Origin: a virus
Lineage: Duplodnaviria; Caudoviricetes
Strand: one strand, 5' to 3'
Length of the DNA stretch: 54,045 bases
IMG/VR virus record: IMGVR_UViG_3300017971_000341
Location: 1-54,045 of that record
In this document: piece after piece, positions 38,693 to 47,211 of the stretch
How positions within the stretch are numbered: position 1 is the first letter of the stretch
Layout: each line of letters begins with the position of its first letter
Notes under the pieces: generated by a model
What the model was told of the DNA's origin: nothing
Database searches by the model: none
Seen by the model: only the letters and a program-made list of their open reading frames with translations
Translations under genes and position numbers: made by a program

Positions 38693-39210
38693 TCTCGACT
38701 GAGGATCTACTTGCGGATCTCCCTCGACCAATAGCTGTGGTGGGGAATGGATCCGTGGACCTCAAGGGGGAGGAGATCGACAGTCATGCATCTGTGATTC
38801 GAATCAACAACTATCGAATCCTGGGATACGAGAATTGGGTAGGGTCTAAGATCGGAGTTTGGTGTGTGAATTGTTGGTGGGATCTAGAGAATCGGACCCC
38901 CTCTGTCCCTGTATGCACTCCCTTCCATGCAGAGGACGACTCCGGCAGGATTTTACGGTGGGAGGCTCGTTATGGAGTCGATTTGATCAAACCGGAGCGT
39001 CGGTGGTCTGAGGAGGTGCGAGGGATCAAAGCCAAGAAGCCCAGCACTGGTCTCCTCCTCCTGTTTGCACTGGACTCGCTAGGGATTCCAGCGGACGCCT
39101 ATGGTTTCGACGGGCTAGTGGCTGGTCACTATTGGGACAGAGCACATAAGCACGACCACCCAGAGGAGCGGAGCGCTCTTGATTCTCTGACCCTGATAAA
39201 TTACAGGTGA
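38689..39210 (+). CDS. GT29 (sialyltransferase-like) glycosyltransferase
   Basis: AVVGNG..GEEIDSH..VIRIN (sialylmotif L), PSTG..YGF (S), HYW (III), H....E (VS). Confidence 0.78.
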   Translation: MISTEDLLADLPRPIAVVGNGSVDLKGEEIDSHASVIRINNYRILGYENWVGSKIGVWCVNCWWDLENRTPSVPVCTPFHAEDDSGRILRWEARYGVDLIKPERRWSEEVRGIKAKKPSTGLLLLFALDSLGIPADAYGFDGLVAGHYWDRAHKHDHPEERSALDSLTLINYR

Positions 39211-39268
39211 GGTGCGGGGCTGCTTGTCCTTCCCACTCCTTCTTGCGCAGCCCCGCACCTCTTTCTTT
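39209..39268 (+). terminator. Terminator at the end of the late operon (convergence point)
   Basis: GAGGTGCGGGGCTGC-N23-GCAGCCCCGCACCTC followed by TTTCTTT. Confidence 0.7.
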
Positions 39269-39287
39269 GTCTGTCTGAGACAGACAA
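39267..39287. repeat. 21-bp palindrome
   Basis: TTGTCTGTCT-G-AGACAGACAA. Confidence 0.8.
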
Positions 39288-39293
39288 CAAGCG

Positions 39294-39503
39294 CTAGTCC
39301 CCGACGAACAGTAGATTTTCCACCAACGGGCTCCCCTTGATGTTTGTCGTCACCTTGTAGAGATACCCTCCTCGCGAAGGAGTGTCTATCCTAGCCCTCG
39401 TTGTTACGCAGATACCCAGGCGATTCTCGTCTGTATCTGGTCCTTCGTCCTTCAGTATTGCATTGCTCTCGACGAATTCCCAGAAACGTGTCTTCTTGGT
39501 CAT
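39294..39503 (-). CDS. Hypothetical protein
   Basis: ORF at the end of the minus-strand operon. Confidence 0.5.
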   Translation of the reverse strand: MTKKTRFWEFVESNAILKDEGPDTDENRLGICVTTRARIDTPSRGGYLYKVTTNIKGSPLVENLLFVGD

Positions 39504-39564
39504 TTTACTCTCTCATAGTGTCTCGAATGATCTTGCTGCCACTATCTTTACATCTCTTGGTATC

Positions 39565-39915
39565 TTACAATTTCCCCCTCTGCAATTTGCGGATCCGTTT
39601 GCGGATCTTGGATTTGTCTGTCTCCCCCCAACCGGAGTAGAGACGCCAGAGCGCCAAGAAGATCTCTCTCTGGGTGGCTCTCTTGGATCGGAGCCGATCC
39701 ATTAGACGCCTGGCTTGGATCCTCCTGCTTCGTGCTATTCGTGCACCCCAAGTAGGCCACCAGTCCTCTTCTGCGCACTCGTGACAGAGGAATTTGATCT
39801 CCTCCTCTGCCGCGTCGTCTAACGAGAAGAAGATCTCGCGGAACTCGCCACAGTGGGAGCACTCAGAGTAGAGAGGATCATGTGCCTTGTGCCGTAGTCT
39901 CTTTTTGATTCTCAC
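39565..39915 (-). CDS. Hypothetical protein with two CxxC motifs
   Basis: CSHC and CHEC; GTGA overlap. Confidence 0.55.
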   Translation of the reverse strand: MRIKKRLRHKAHDPLYSECSHCGEFREIFFSLDDAAEEEIKFLCHECAEEDWWPTWGARIARSRRIQARRLMDRLRSKRATQREIFLALWRLYSGWGETDKSKIRKRIRKLQRGKL

Positions 39916-40151
39916 AAGCCCTCCTGTAGTGCTGCGTTCAGGTTCTCTCCAGCCTCTCTCCCTAAATCGGTGAGGTAGATCTTCCCGCCGAATGCCCGGG
40001 CCAACCCACCTCGGAGGAGCACAAACTCAGCTCGCTCGTAGCGGGTAATGCTGTGGTCTAGAGCTAGGTACAGGAGTACCTTTGGCGATTCTCCCCCTGT
40101 TTCCGCCAGCGCGGATAGGATTGCCATTACGTCTAGTCTGATTTGATCCAC
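39912..40151 (-). CDS. Small winged-helix-like protein
   Basis: GL..YLTDLGRE wing motif. Confidence 0.5.
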   Translation of the reverse strand: MDQIRLDVMAILSALAETGGESPKVLLYLALDHSITRYERAEFVLLRGGLARAFGGKIYLTDLGREAGENLNAALQEGL

Positions 40152-40174
40152 AATTACTCCGATCTACTGATCGC

Positions 40175-40221
40175 CCACTTCCCTGGGCCCAGGGAGCACG
40201 ATTCCTGGACCCAGGGAGTGG
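40175..40221 (-). terminator. Hairpin after the SF2 helicase gene
   Basis: CCACTCCCTGGGTCCAGG-N10-CCTGGGCCCAGGGAAGTGG on the minus strand, with a G-U pair. Confidence 0.55.
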
Positions 40222-40229
40222 ACTGAGAT

Positions 40230-42236
40230 TTAGATTCTCCTAGCGCAGACAGGACCGATTCCAGCTGCTATTGATTCCGGGGTAGTGAGGAGACGATTGC
40301 AGATCCAGCAGTTGCCCGATCGGATCGCATAGGATTTGCCTGCCTTCTTGGGGTCTCCTCGGATTGTGTCCCAGTCCTGTTGATACTCGTCTGATTGGTG
40401 TTGCCACCGACGCCAGACGTAGAGTCTGGATCCTCGCGCGAATCCGAATCCCTGGTAGTCTGACGTGTTCTCCGGTCCGGTCAGGATTGAGAGAATCCGG
40501 CCGCCTGGTGCGAATCTGGCGTCCTGTGCTTGGGTGCGGAGTCGATACGTCCTCCGGCTCCCGTCCTCTCGGACTACTGTGTAGTAGCCGTCCGGTACCT
40601 CTGGTTCTTGCGTCTGCTCCTGCGTCTGCTCCTGCGTCTGCTCCTGCGTCTGCTCCTGCGTCTGCGTCTGCTCAGGATCTGGTCTGGGTTGAATCTCGCC
40701 GTCTGGTCGGAGGGAGAGACCGAGCTGATCTAGTAGAGGGAGGACCGAGAATTGAGCAGCATTCGGGGTCGCCTCGGAGTCCAGACCGTAGCGCTCTCCG
40801 GCCCCGCGCCACCAGCGGATTTGGCCTGCCGAGCAGCTCCAGGTCTTAGCCGCAGAGGTCCGGTGTCCTTTTGGACTCTCGACCTCTGCTCGAGTCCAGT
40901 CCCCGTACCGGTCGCGACCGGATAGGTGGACGCGAATCTCTCGGGTCGCGCAGATTGCTCGATCGGAGGTGGGGTCGAGGATCACTACACGCTCGTGGCC
41001 GCAGCCACCGTTGCGCGAAGGTTGCCACAGGGACCACATTGTGGCTGTGACGCCGCCACTCAGGGGCAGCTCGATCGGTCGGGCACGCGAGAGGCCCTTG
41101 ATCAGCCCAGCGCGGGCACCGCGACAGCTCGCGCGACCGAACGCCTCCTGCGCCTGGCGGATAGCTTCCCGAGGCAGAGCCCCCTCCAGCAGGTATCCGT
41201 GACGTTCGAGATTCCGATTCACCCCGAGATATTCCGGTTGGACCGGTCCTGGTCGCGTGATTCTGCCACACTTTTGAATCCACGCGACGGGAGAGAGAGT
41301 GCTAGAGGCGTCTACCCACCTCCTCAGGTAAGGTAGGTCGACTCCCTCTCCTAGCACCTTGACACTCGCCAGCACTGATCCTCCCGTCGCGTGGGCCTTG
41401 AAAATCTTTGCTCTCTCTGCTGCTGGAGTGGTTCCCAGGACCACGTGGGCGGGGACCGAGATCTCTCGGAGGGCTGCAGCGGTGGCCACCGCTGCCTCCA
41501 CAGAGTTGAGCGTCACGCAGGTGGGCTTGGAGAGATCGAGTCCTGCGATCAGCTCGGCGAGAGGTCGAGCAGACGCCAGCTCGACCTCTCCCGAGTCGAT
41601 CTCCCCACGACGGATTGGGCACTGATCGTCGTCGATTAGTGGTTCCACGCGCCACTCGGGCAGGGCCCAAGCACCGATATCTCGGGCTTGCGGGATCGTG
41701 AGGATTGTCCGGGGCGAGCCCCAGAAGGCACGCAGTCGCTCACTCTCCTCCGGCGATCCCCGATAGGGGGTGGCAGTCCAGCCGATCCAGACAGTAGTGT
41801 CGGGACAGAGAGCTGCCAACCCACCACCCGCCACGGTCTCGCGGACTGCGTGGTGAGCCTCGTCCACGATCAGTACTGAGGGTGGAGGTATGGATCCCTT
41901 CTGCAGCCGATTCCGCAGCCGGACTGGGGTCGTGCAGCGGATCTGCTCTCCCAGTTTGGCTAGCTGGGTCGCGGACCCTGCGAGATCCTCTGGCCTCGCA
42001 CCGCAGCGCTCGAGATAGCCTCGTAGGACCTCGAGGGAGGGGGTGACGATCCAGGCGTCGTCGCCTCGTGCCAGGAGGGCGCGGAGGAGGCCCAGCTGGG
42101 CTGTTCCCTTCCCAGTGCCGGTCGGGAGGGCAACCAAGACACGCGATCCTGGAGGGGCTGCGATCCCTAGAGAGACTGCCTCCTCCTGGTACGGCCGTAG
42201 GGTCTGATTCCAGTTGGTGAGGGAGATCATGGCCAT
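40230..42236 (-). CDS. Superfamily II (DEAH) helicase fused to a C-terminal DUF6011-like Zn-finger module
   Basis: LRPYQ, PTGTGK, DEAHH, TATP, EGVD, Q..GR..R; QTQE linker; CWICNRLLTTPESIAAGIGPVC. Confidence 0.85.
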   Translation of the reverse strand: MAMISLTNWNQTLRPYQEEAVSLGIAAPPGSRVLVALPTGTGKGTAQLGLLRALLARGDDAWIVTPSLEVLRGYLERCGARPEDLAGSATQLAKLGEQIRCTTPVRLRNRLQKGSIPPPSVLIVDEAHHAVRETVAGGGLAALCPDTTVWIGWTATPYRGSPEESERLRAFWGSPRTILTIPQARDIGAWALPEWRVEPLIDDDQCPIRRGEIDSGEVELASARPLAELIAGLDLSKPTCVTLNSVEAAVATAAALREISVPAHVVLGTTPAAERAKIFKAHATGGSVLASVKVLGEGVDLPYLRRWVDASSTLSPVAWIQKCGRITRPGPVQPEYLGVNRNLERHGYLLEGALPREAIRQAQEAFGRASCRGARAGLIKGLSRARPIELPLSGGVTATMWSLWQPSRNGGCGHERVVILDPTSDRAICATREIRVHLSGRDRYGDWTRAEVESPKGHRTSAAKTWSCSAGQIRWWRGAGERYGLDSEATPNAAQFSVLPLLDQLGLSLRPDGEIQPRPDPEQTQTQEQTQEQTQEQTQEQTQEPEVPDGYYTVVREDGSRRTYRLRTQAQDARFAPGGRILSILTGPENTSDYQGFGFARGSRLYVWRRWQHQSDEYQQDWDTIRGDPKKAGKSYAIRSGNCWICNRLLTTPESIAAGIGPVCARRI
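40609..40672. repeat. 12-bp tandem repeat TGCGTCTGCTCC (QTQE linker)
   Basis: About 5 units seen directly. Confidence 0.9.
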
Positions 42237-42886
42237 GCTACCCCCTCTCTCTGCGAGGCCTCGCGCCCTCGGCGGATCGTCTCGGCCTCCTCCCCGGTCA
42301 GCACGTACAGGATCCACCCGGGTCCGCCCAGGTCCGCGCGACTGACGCAGGCGCCGTCGATCGCGGCGCCGCAGAGGGTGGTGCGGCGGAGATCGGCGCC
42401 ACTGAGATCGGCGCGGCGGAGGTCGGCGTCCTGGAGGACAGCACCACTGAGGCCGGCGCCCCGGAGGCCGGCGCCCCAGAGGTCGGCGCCGCAGAGGTTG
42501 GCGTCGCGGAGGTCGGCGCCACTGAGATCGGCGTCCTGGAGGTCAGTGCTGCAGAGGACAGCGCGGCGGAGGACGGCGCCCCGGAGGTCGGTGTGGCAGA
42601 GGTCGGCGCCTTGGAGGTCGGCGTTGGTGAGGACAGCGCCGTCAATCGCGGCGCCGCTAAGGGCAGCGCCGCGGAGGTCAGCGCCCTGGAGGTCGGCGTC
42701 GGCGAGGTTGGCGTCCTGGAGGACGGCGCCCCGGAGGACGGCGCAGCGGAGGTCGGCGCCCCGGAGGTCGGTGTGGCGGAGGTCGGCGTCTTGGAGATCG
42801 GCGCGCACCCCACCCTCCTGCCCCCCTAGCCAGAGCCCGTGGAGCCGGAGTATCTCGGCGAGTTGATCGCGTGAGATCGCAGTCAT
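42227..42886 (-). CDS. Pentapeptide repeat protein, long paralogue
   Basis: A(D/N/V)LxG repeats; EILRLHGLWL N-cap. Confidence 0.9.
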   Translation of the reverse strand: MTAISRDQLAEILRLHGLWLGGQEGGVRADLQDADLRHTDLRGADLRCAVLRGAVLQDANLADADLQGADLRGAALSGAAIDGAVLTNADLQGADLCHTDLRGAVLRRAVLCSTDLQDADLSGADLRDANLCGADLWGAGLRGAGLSGAVLQDADLRRADLSGADLRRTTLCGAAIDGACVSRADLGGPGWILYVLTGEEAETIRRGREASQREGVAWP

Positions 42887-43356
42887 GCTACCCCCTCTCT
42901 CTGCGAGGCCTCGCGCCCTCGGCGGACCAACTCCCATTCCGCGTCTGTCAACGCAGAAAGAATCCACCCCGGTCCGCCCACGTCCGCACGATCGACTATT
43001 ACTCCGTCGATCGTGGCGCCGCAGAGGGTGGTGCGGCGGAGGTCGGCGCAGTGGAGGTTAGCGCCTTGGAGGTCGGCTCCCCGGAGATCGGCGCCGGTGA
43101 GGCAGGCGTGACGGAGGTCGGTGTCGCGGAGGTCGGCGCCGCAGAGGTCGGCGCCGAAGAGGGTGGTGCGGCGGAGGTCGGCGCCTTGGAGGTCGGCGTC
43201 CTGAAGATCGGCGTGACTGAGGTCGGCGTCCTGAAGATCGGCGTGACTGAGGTCGGCGCCGCTGAGGTCGGCGCGCACCCCACCCTCCAACCCTCTCAGC
43301 CAGAGCCCGTGGAGCCGGAGTATCTCGGCGAGTTGCTCGCTGCTGTAGGTAGCCAC
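42883..43356 (-). CDS. Pentapeptide repeat protein, short paralogue
   Basis: ADLxx repeats; same N- and C-caps as its neighbour. Confidence 0.9.
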   Translation of the reverse strand: MATYSSEQLAEILRLHGLWLRGLEGGVRADLSGADLSHADLQDADLSHADLQDADLQGADLRRTTLFGADLCGADLRDTDLRHACLTGADLRGADLQGANLHCADLRRTTLCGATIDGVIVDRADVGGPGWILSALTDAEWELVRRGREASQREGVA

Positions 43357-43357
43357 G

Positions 43358-43942
<585 letters not shown>

Positions 43943-43972
43943 TGTCGTGCTCCTTTTGTTGTCGACAAGAGT

Positions 43973-44027
43973 AGTATGGCAATTGCCGTGGCCTTCGACA
44001 AGGGTGAATTTTAAAATATTTTAGAAA
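43973..44027 (-). promoter_or_regulatory. Sigma70-type early promoter with an AT-rich UP element
   Basis: TTGTCG-N17-CATACT on the minus strand, preceded by TTTCTAAAATATTTTAAAATT. Confidence 0.7.
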
Positions 44028-44051
44028 GCTAAGCTATGATCTGATAAGCAC

Positions 44052-44624
44052 TTAGGAAAGGTCGATCACTCGACCAATCCGCAGTCCCTCGTCGTGGAGT
44101 ACCATTACTATCTGCACCCGCAAATCCCTACTGAGCTGCTCGAGCAGGGATCGGATCCGATCCTGGTGCCCCGTCGAGAGGAATCGCAGGGGCTCGTCGA
44201 GGATCAGCACGCGAGATCGATCCCGCGCAAGTAGCAGGCAGGACAGACGGAGCGCCAGAGCAGCGATATCCACGACCCCTCCGCCGGCAGCGGACAGAGG
44301 ATCCACCTCCAATCCTTCCCGGACGAATACTAATCTAGCCTCGGTCTGGCCTCTTTTGCGCTCAAATTGGATTCTGAATTCATACGGATCGTCGAAGATT
44401 GCAGCAAGGCTCTCACACACGATTCCAGCAATCTGCGAATGAGCCTTAGTCTGCACCTCCTGTGCTACGGTTTGGGTGATTTGTTGGGCCTCCTCCAATA
44501 CAGCTAAATCTTTCTCGGATTGCTTGATCGATCGGCTCTCGTCTCTGCATGCTTGTTTGGCTGCAGCTAGCTCGACTCTCCTACGACTGACCGCCTTCCT
44601 CAAATCAGACAGAGAGGAAATCAC
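44052..44624 (-). CDS. SbcC/Rad50 C-terminal half (signature and Walker B)
   Basis: AAGGG..ALRL..VLILDEP..VLH. Confidence 0.8.
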   Translation of the reverse strand: MISSLSDLRKAVSRRRVELAAAKQACRDESRSIKQSEKDLAVLEEAQQITQTVAQEVQTKAHSQIAGIVCESLAAIFDDPYEFRIQFERKRGQTEARLVFVREGLEVDPLSAAGGGVVDIAALALRLSCLLLARDRSRVLILDEPLRFLSTGHQDRIRSLLEQLSRDLRVQIVMVLHDEGLRIGRVIDLS

Positions 44625-44853
44625 TCCACTCCTCCTCGAATTCCTCTAGTGCTGCCGTGAACGTCTCCTCTGCTTCTTTCTCCTCTGCTTTGATTTTGAC
44701 TAGCAGCTTCTTGGCCTGGTCGATCGAATCGCAATCAAACTCTTCAGAGAGTCTGCGCAAGCACTCGTCTAGAGCACCACTGGCCTGATCCGATTCCCTT
44801 TGTAGTCGACTAACCTTGTCCTTTAGATCTGCAAAACGCTGAATCAGATTCAT
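44605..44853 (-). CDS. Small coiled-coil protein in the SbcCD locus
   Basis: Heptad-rich; coupled to neighbours. Confidence 0.6.
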   Translation of the reverse strand: MNLIQRFADLKDKVSRLQRESDQASGALDECLRRLSEEFDCDSIDQAKKLLVKIKAEEKEAEETFTAALEEFEEEWSDFLSV

Positions 44854-45839
44854 TCCATAGCCTCCAGAATAGCAGCTCTCACTAGAGGGTGTGCGTCAAG
44901 TCTGTCTAAGACCTCTTCCATGGAATCGCGAAAGTCAAACTTCGATTTACTTAGATCCAGAAGGCTGTCTATGAAATCTGACAGCTCCGGATCCTCTTTG
45001 GATTCAGTTAGAATCTCTCGAGTGTCTGCTATGTGATCCTCACTAATATCGAGTAGAAAAGATTGTAGGTGGCCAGACGCATAGAGCACCCCTACCCGTG
45101 GCTTGTGCTCGATCTCGTCTGCTCTACGACGCAGGAGGGATCCACAATTGTAGACTACAGGACCGTCGTCTAGCTCCTCTTCCCACGCCTGGTGATTGTC
45201 ACCGGCCACAACTAGATCGTACCCTTGGAGAGATTTCCGATTGGAGAACAGAGAGGAGCTACGTTGTGCTTTCGGGTGAGAGTGTCCTGGCGTCCATAGA
45301 TATTGGTGAATCACAGCCACCTGGTAGTGTCCTGGGATCTCCTCGCGTAGCGGTTGGATCGGCTCTCCGTAAGGGAATCCCCAAACGTCTAGCCACTGAT
45401 TCACCCGAATCCTCTTGTGTGATCCAAGCATGCGAATCCGATCAGCCAGTACCAAGCTCGTGAAGGCGGACCTCTCGATCAGATCCAATCTGTGTAGAGG
45501 CAGATCGTGTTGGCCTGGGATCGCTAGTATTTCAGGGAGGCGAGTCAAGGCAAAGTTGATCAGCTCTGCTGGAGCATTCCACCGGTCGAACAAATCACCA
45601 GCACAGATCACAGGAGCGTTGTGGACCTCTTGGAGATTAGAGATCTGATCGAGTGGTCGCTGCATGGCAGCACGCCAGTCTGGCTCGTCAGACCGAGCTA
45701 TAGGAGGTTTGAGTGTAAGGTGTATATCAGAGCAGAGAATTGCTACTACGGGATCTCCTGCCCGCACAGCGGACACGTCTCTCCCAGTTCCGATTCGAAT
45801 CTGGCCTTTGCTCCCTTCAGATCTTTTGACACTCGACAT
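44850..45839 (-). CDS. sbcD: SbcD/Mre11-like metallophosphoesterase nuclease
   Basis: SDIH, GDLFD, GQHD, GDNH, NCGS motifs; start uncertain (45839 or 45776). Confidence 0.85.
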   Translation of the reverse strand: MSSVKRSEGSKGQIRIGTGRDVSAVRAGDPVVAILCSDIHLTLKPPIARSDEPDWRAAMQRPLDQISNLQEVHNAPVICAGDLFDRWNAPAELINFALTRLPEILAIPGQHDLPLHRLDLIERSAFTSLVLADRIRMLGSHKRIRVNQWLDVWGFPYGEPIQPLREEIPGHYQVAVIHQYLWTPGHSHPKAQRSSSLFSNRKSLQGYDLVVAGDNHQAWEEELDDGPVVYNCGSLLRRRADEIEHKPRVGVLYASGHLQSFLLDISEDHIADTREILTESKEDPELSDFIDSLLDLSKSKFDFRDSMEEVLDRLDAHPLVRAAILEAME

Positions 45840-46756
45840 GATTTCCTCTTGGCTCTCTCGATCTCTTGAATCCTGGCTGCTAGTGATTCTTTCACGCCGT
45901 GGATTTCTAACAGTCTTGAGCACAGGCGGCCTAGTTCTGTGGGCTCTGGTGGGCACTCAATCTTGTCTCTGTATTGGATTGCGCTAGAGATCAGATTCCA
46001 TAAACGCACCCTGGACTTCCTGACGGCCTTGGCCTTCTTGCCAATGCCTCGTACACGACATCCATTCTTGTGTGCGTCATGCAGACTGGCAGAGAGGTCT
46101 CTCTGTTCCTCCGCCTTGGCGAGTAGAGTAGACAGGTCTCCAGCTCTCTTTGCTCTGTCCTTCTGTTCCCACTCGAGGGTCTCCAAATGCTTGAGACCTT
46201 GGGCTGCTCGACCCACAGGAGAAAGCGCCTTGCGTCTGGCTCGGGCCTCCTCTAGTCGAGCCCGACAAGCTTCCTGCATTGTTTTTGTTTTGCGGATCTT
46301 CGACGCCAGATTTGCCAGCGTCCTGTCCACTAGATCCAAATCTACGATCTCATTGATTTGTTTCGACACTTGGCCAGGAGACAAGGAGAACCAATAGGGT
46401 GGATCATGCTGACCCTGGAAGTTGATCTCTCCAAGGCCCAAAACACGATCCACTTCCTCTGGGACCTCGTGACCAAACGCCACGAGGTCCCTCTTTTCTA
46501 CACGGTAGAGATTCTTCTGTGATCCTCTCCTGCGTTCTACGATCCCTTTGTCGGTCTCAACTCGGACTAAGGTCTCCTTCGCCCCGTCCTTGACGAATGC
46601 GTCTCCTCTGGGTTTGTTCAGCGCAACCCAACGCAGCGCCCTGAGAATCGCTGACTTGCCCACGTCAGACGGCCCAACGATCGAGGTCACAGAACCCAGC
46701 TCGATCTCTAGATCCTCGTGGCTTTGGAAATTCCTAAGCGTCAGTTTGCGGATCAC
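45746..46756 (-). CDS. sbcC: SbcC/Rad50 N-terminal half (Walker A, Q-loop, coiled coil, Zn hook)
   Basis: NFQSH, GPSDVGKS, QGQ, terminal CPLCG. Confidence 0.85.
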   Translation of the reverse strand: MIRKLTLRNFQSHEDLEIELGSVTSIVGPSDVGKSAILRALRWVALNKPRGDAFVKDGAKETLVRVETDKGIVERRRGSQKNLYRVEKRDLVAFGHEVPEEVDRVLGLGEINFQGQHDPPYWFSLSPGQVSKQINEIVDLDLVDRTLANLASKIRKTKTMQEACRARLEEARARRKALSPVGRAAQGLKHLETLEWEQKDRAKRAGDLSTLLAKAEEQRDLSASLHDAHKNGCRVRGIGKKAKAVRKSRVRLWNLISSAIQYRDKIECPPEPTELGRLCSRLLEIHGVKESLAARIQEIERAKRKSCRVSKDLKGAKARFESELGETCPLCGQEIP

Positions 46757-46759
46757 TGA

Positions 46760-46921
46760 TCAGTCCTCGTAGGGATAGTCTCTGCAATAGCAGCATGAGC
46801 ACTGCTTCTCCTGCGTGCATTGGTCCTCTGCTACAGGACAGCAGACACACCAGACTCGATCCTGCTCTGGATCACAACACCCAATTAGGAGGCAGAGAGC
46901 AACAGCAGTCGCAATCCTCAC
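46760..46921 (-). CDS. 53-aa Cys-rich putative lipoprotein
   Basis: Not in the ORF track. MRIATAVALCLLIGCCDPEQDRVWCVCCPVAEDQCTQEKQCSCCYCRDYPYED; GTGA overlap and AGGAGG RBS. Confidence 0.6.
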   Translation of the reverse strand: MRIATAVALCLLIGCCDPEQDRVWCVCCPVAEDQCTQEKQCSCCYCRDYPYED

Positions 46922-47211
46922 GCATTCCTCCTGGCCTTCTTGATCAGATTGGCATAGTCGTTCTCCGCGATTTGCTGCAGAAGGAGCCGAGCCACCCGAT
47001 CGTTGTAGCCAGAAATCTCAACGACAGCTCTGATCAGATCTCTATTGATTGGCCAGCGAGCAGCCATTAGGAGGAGGTCAACACACGCCTTGTACCTCTG
47101 TCCTTCATTCTCACAAGTCATTGGGATTGACTCTGCTTCAAGCCTGGCTGCTATATTCTTGATCACCTTGCGGTCAGCTCTTAACTGCCTGACCTCGTCC
47201 CTTCCTGCCAC
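46918..47211 (-). CDS. Hypothetical protein
   Basis: GGAGG RBS, in operon. Confidence 0.55.
   Translation of the reverse strand: MAGRDEVRQLRADRKVIKNIAARLEAESIPMTCENEGQRYKACVDLLLMAARWPINRDLIRAVVEISGYNDRVARLLLQQIAENDYANLIKKARRNA

Noticed and set aside
34933-39210. DNA base hypermodification as the role of the transferase cluster
   Set aside because: Not excluded, but disfavoured: the genes are in the late structural operon and no hydroxymethylase or thymidylate-synthase-like partner was recognised
42234-43335. Possible diversity-generating retroelement TR/VR pair
   Set aside because: No reverse transcriptase seen, and differences are not adenine-specific; tandem duplication explains it
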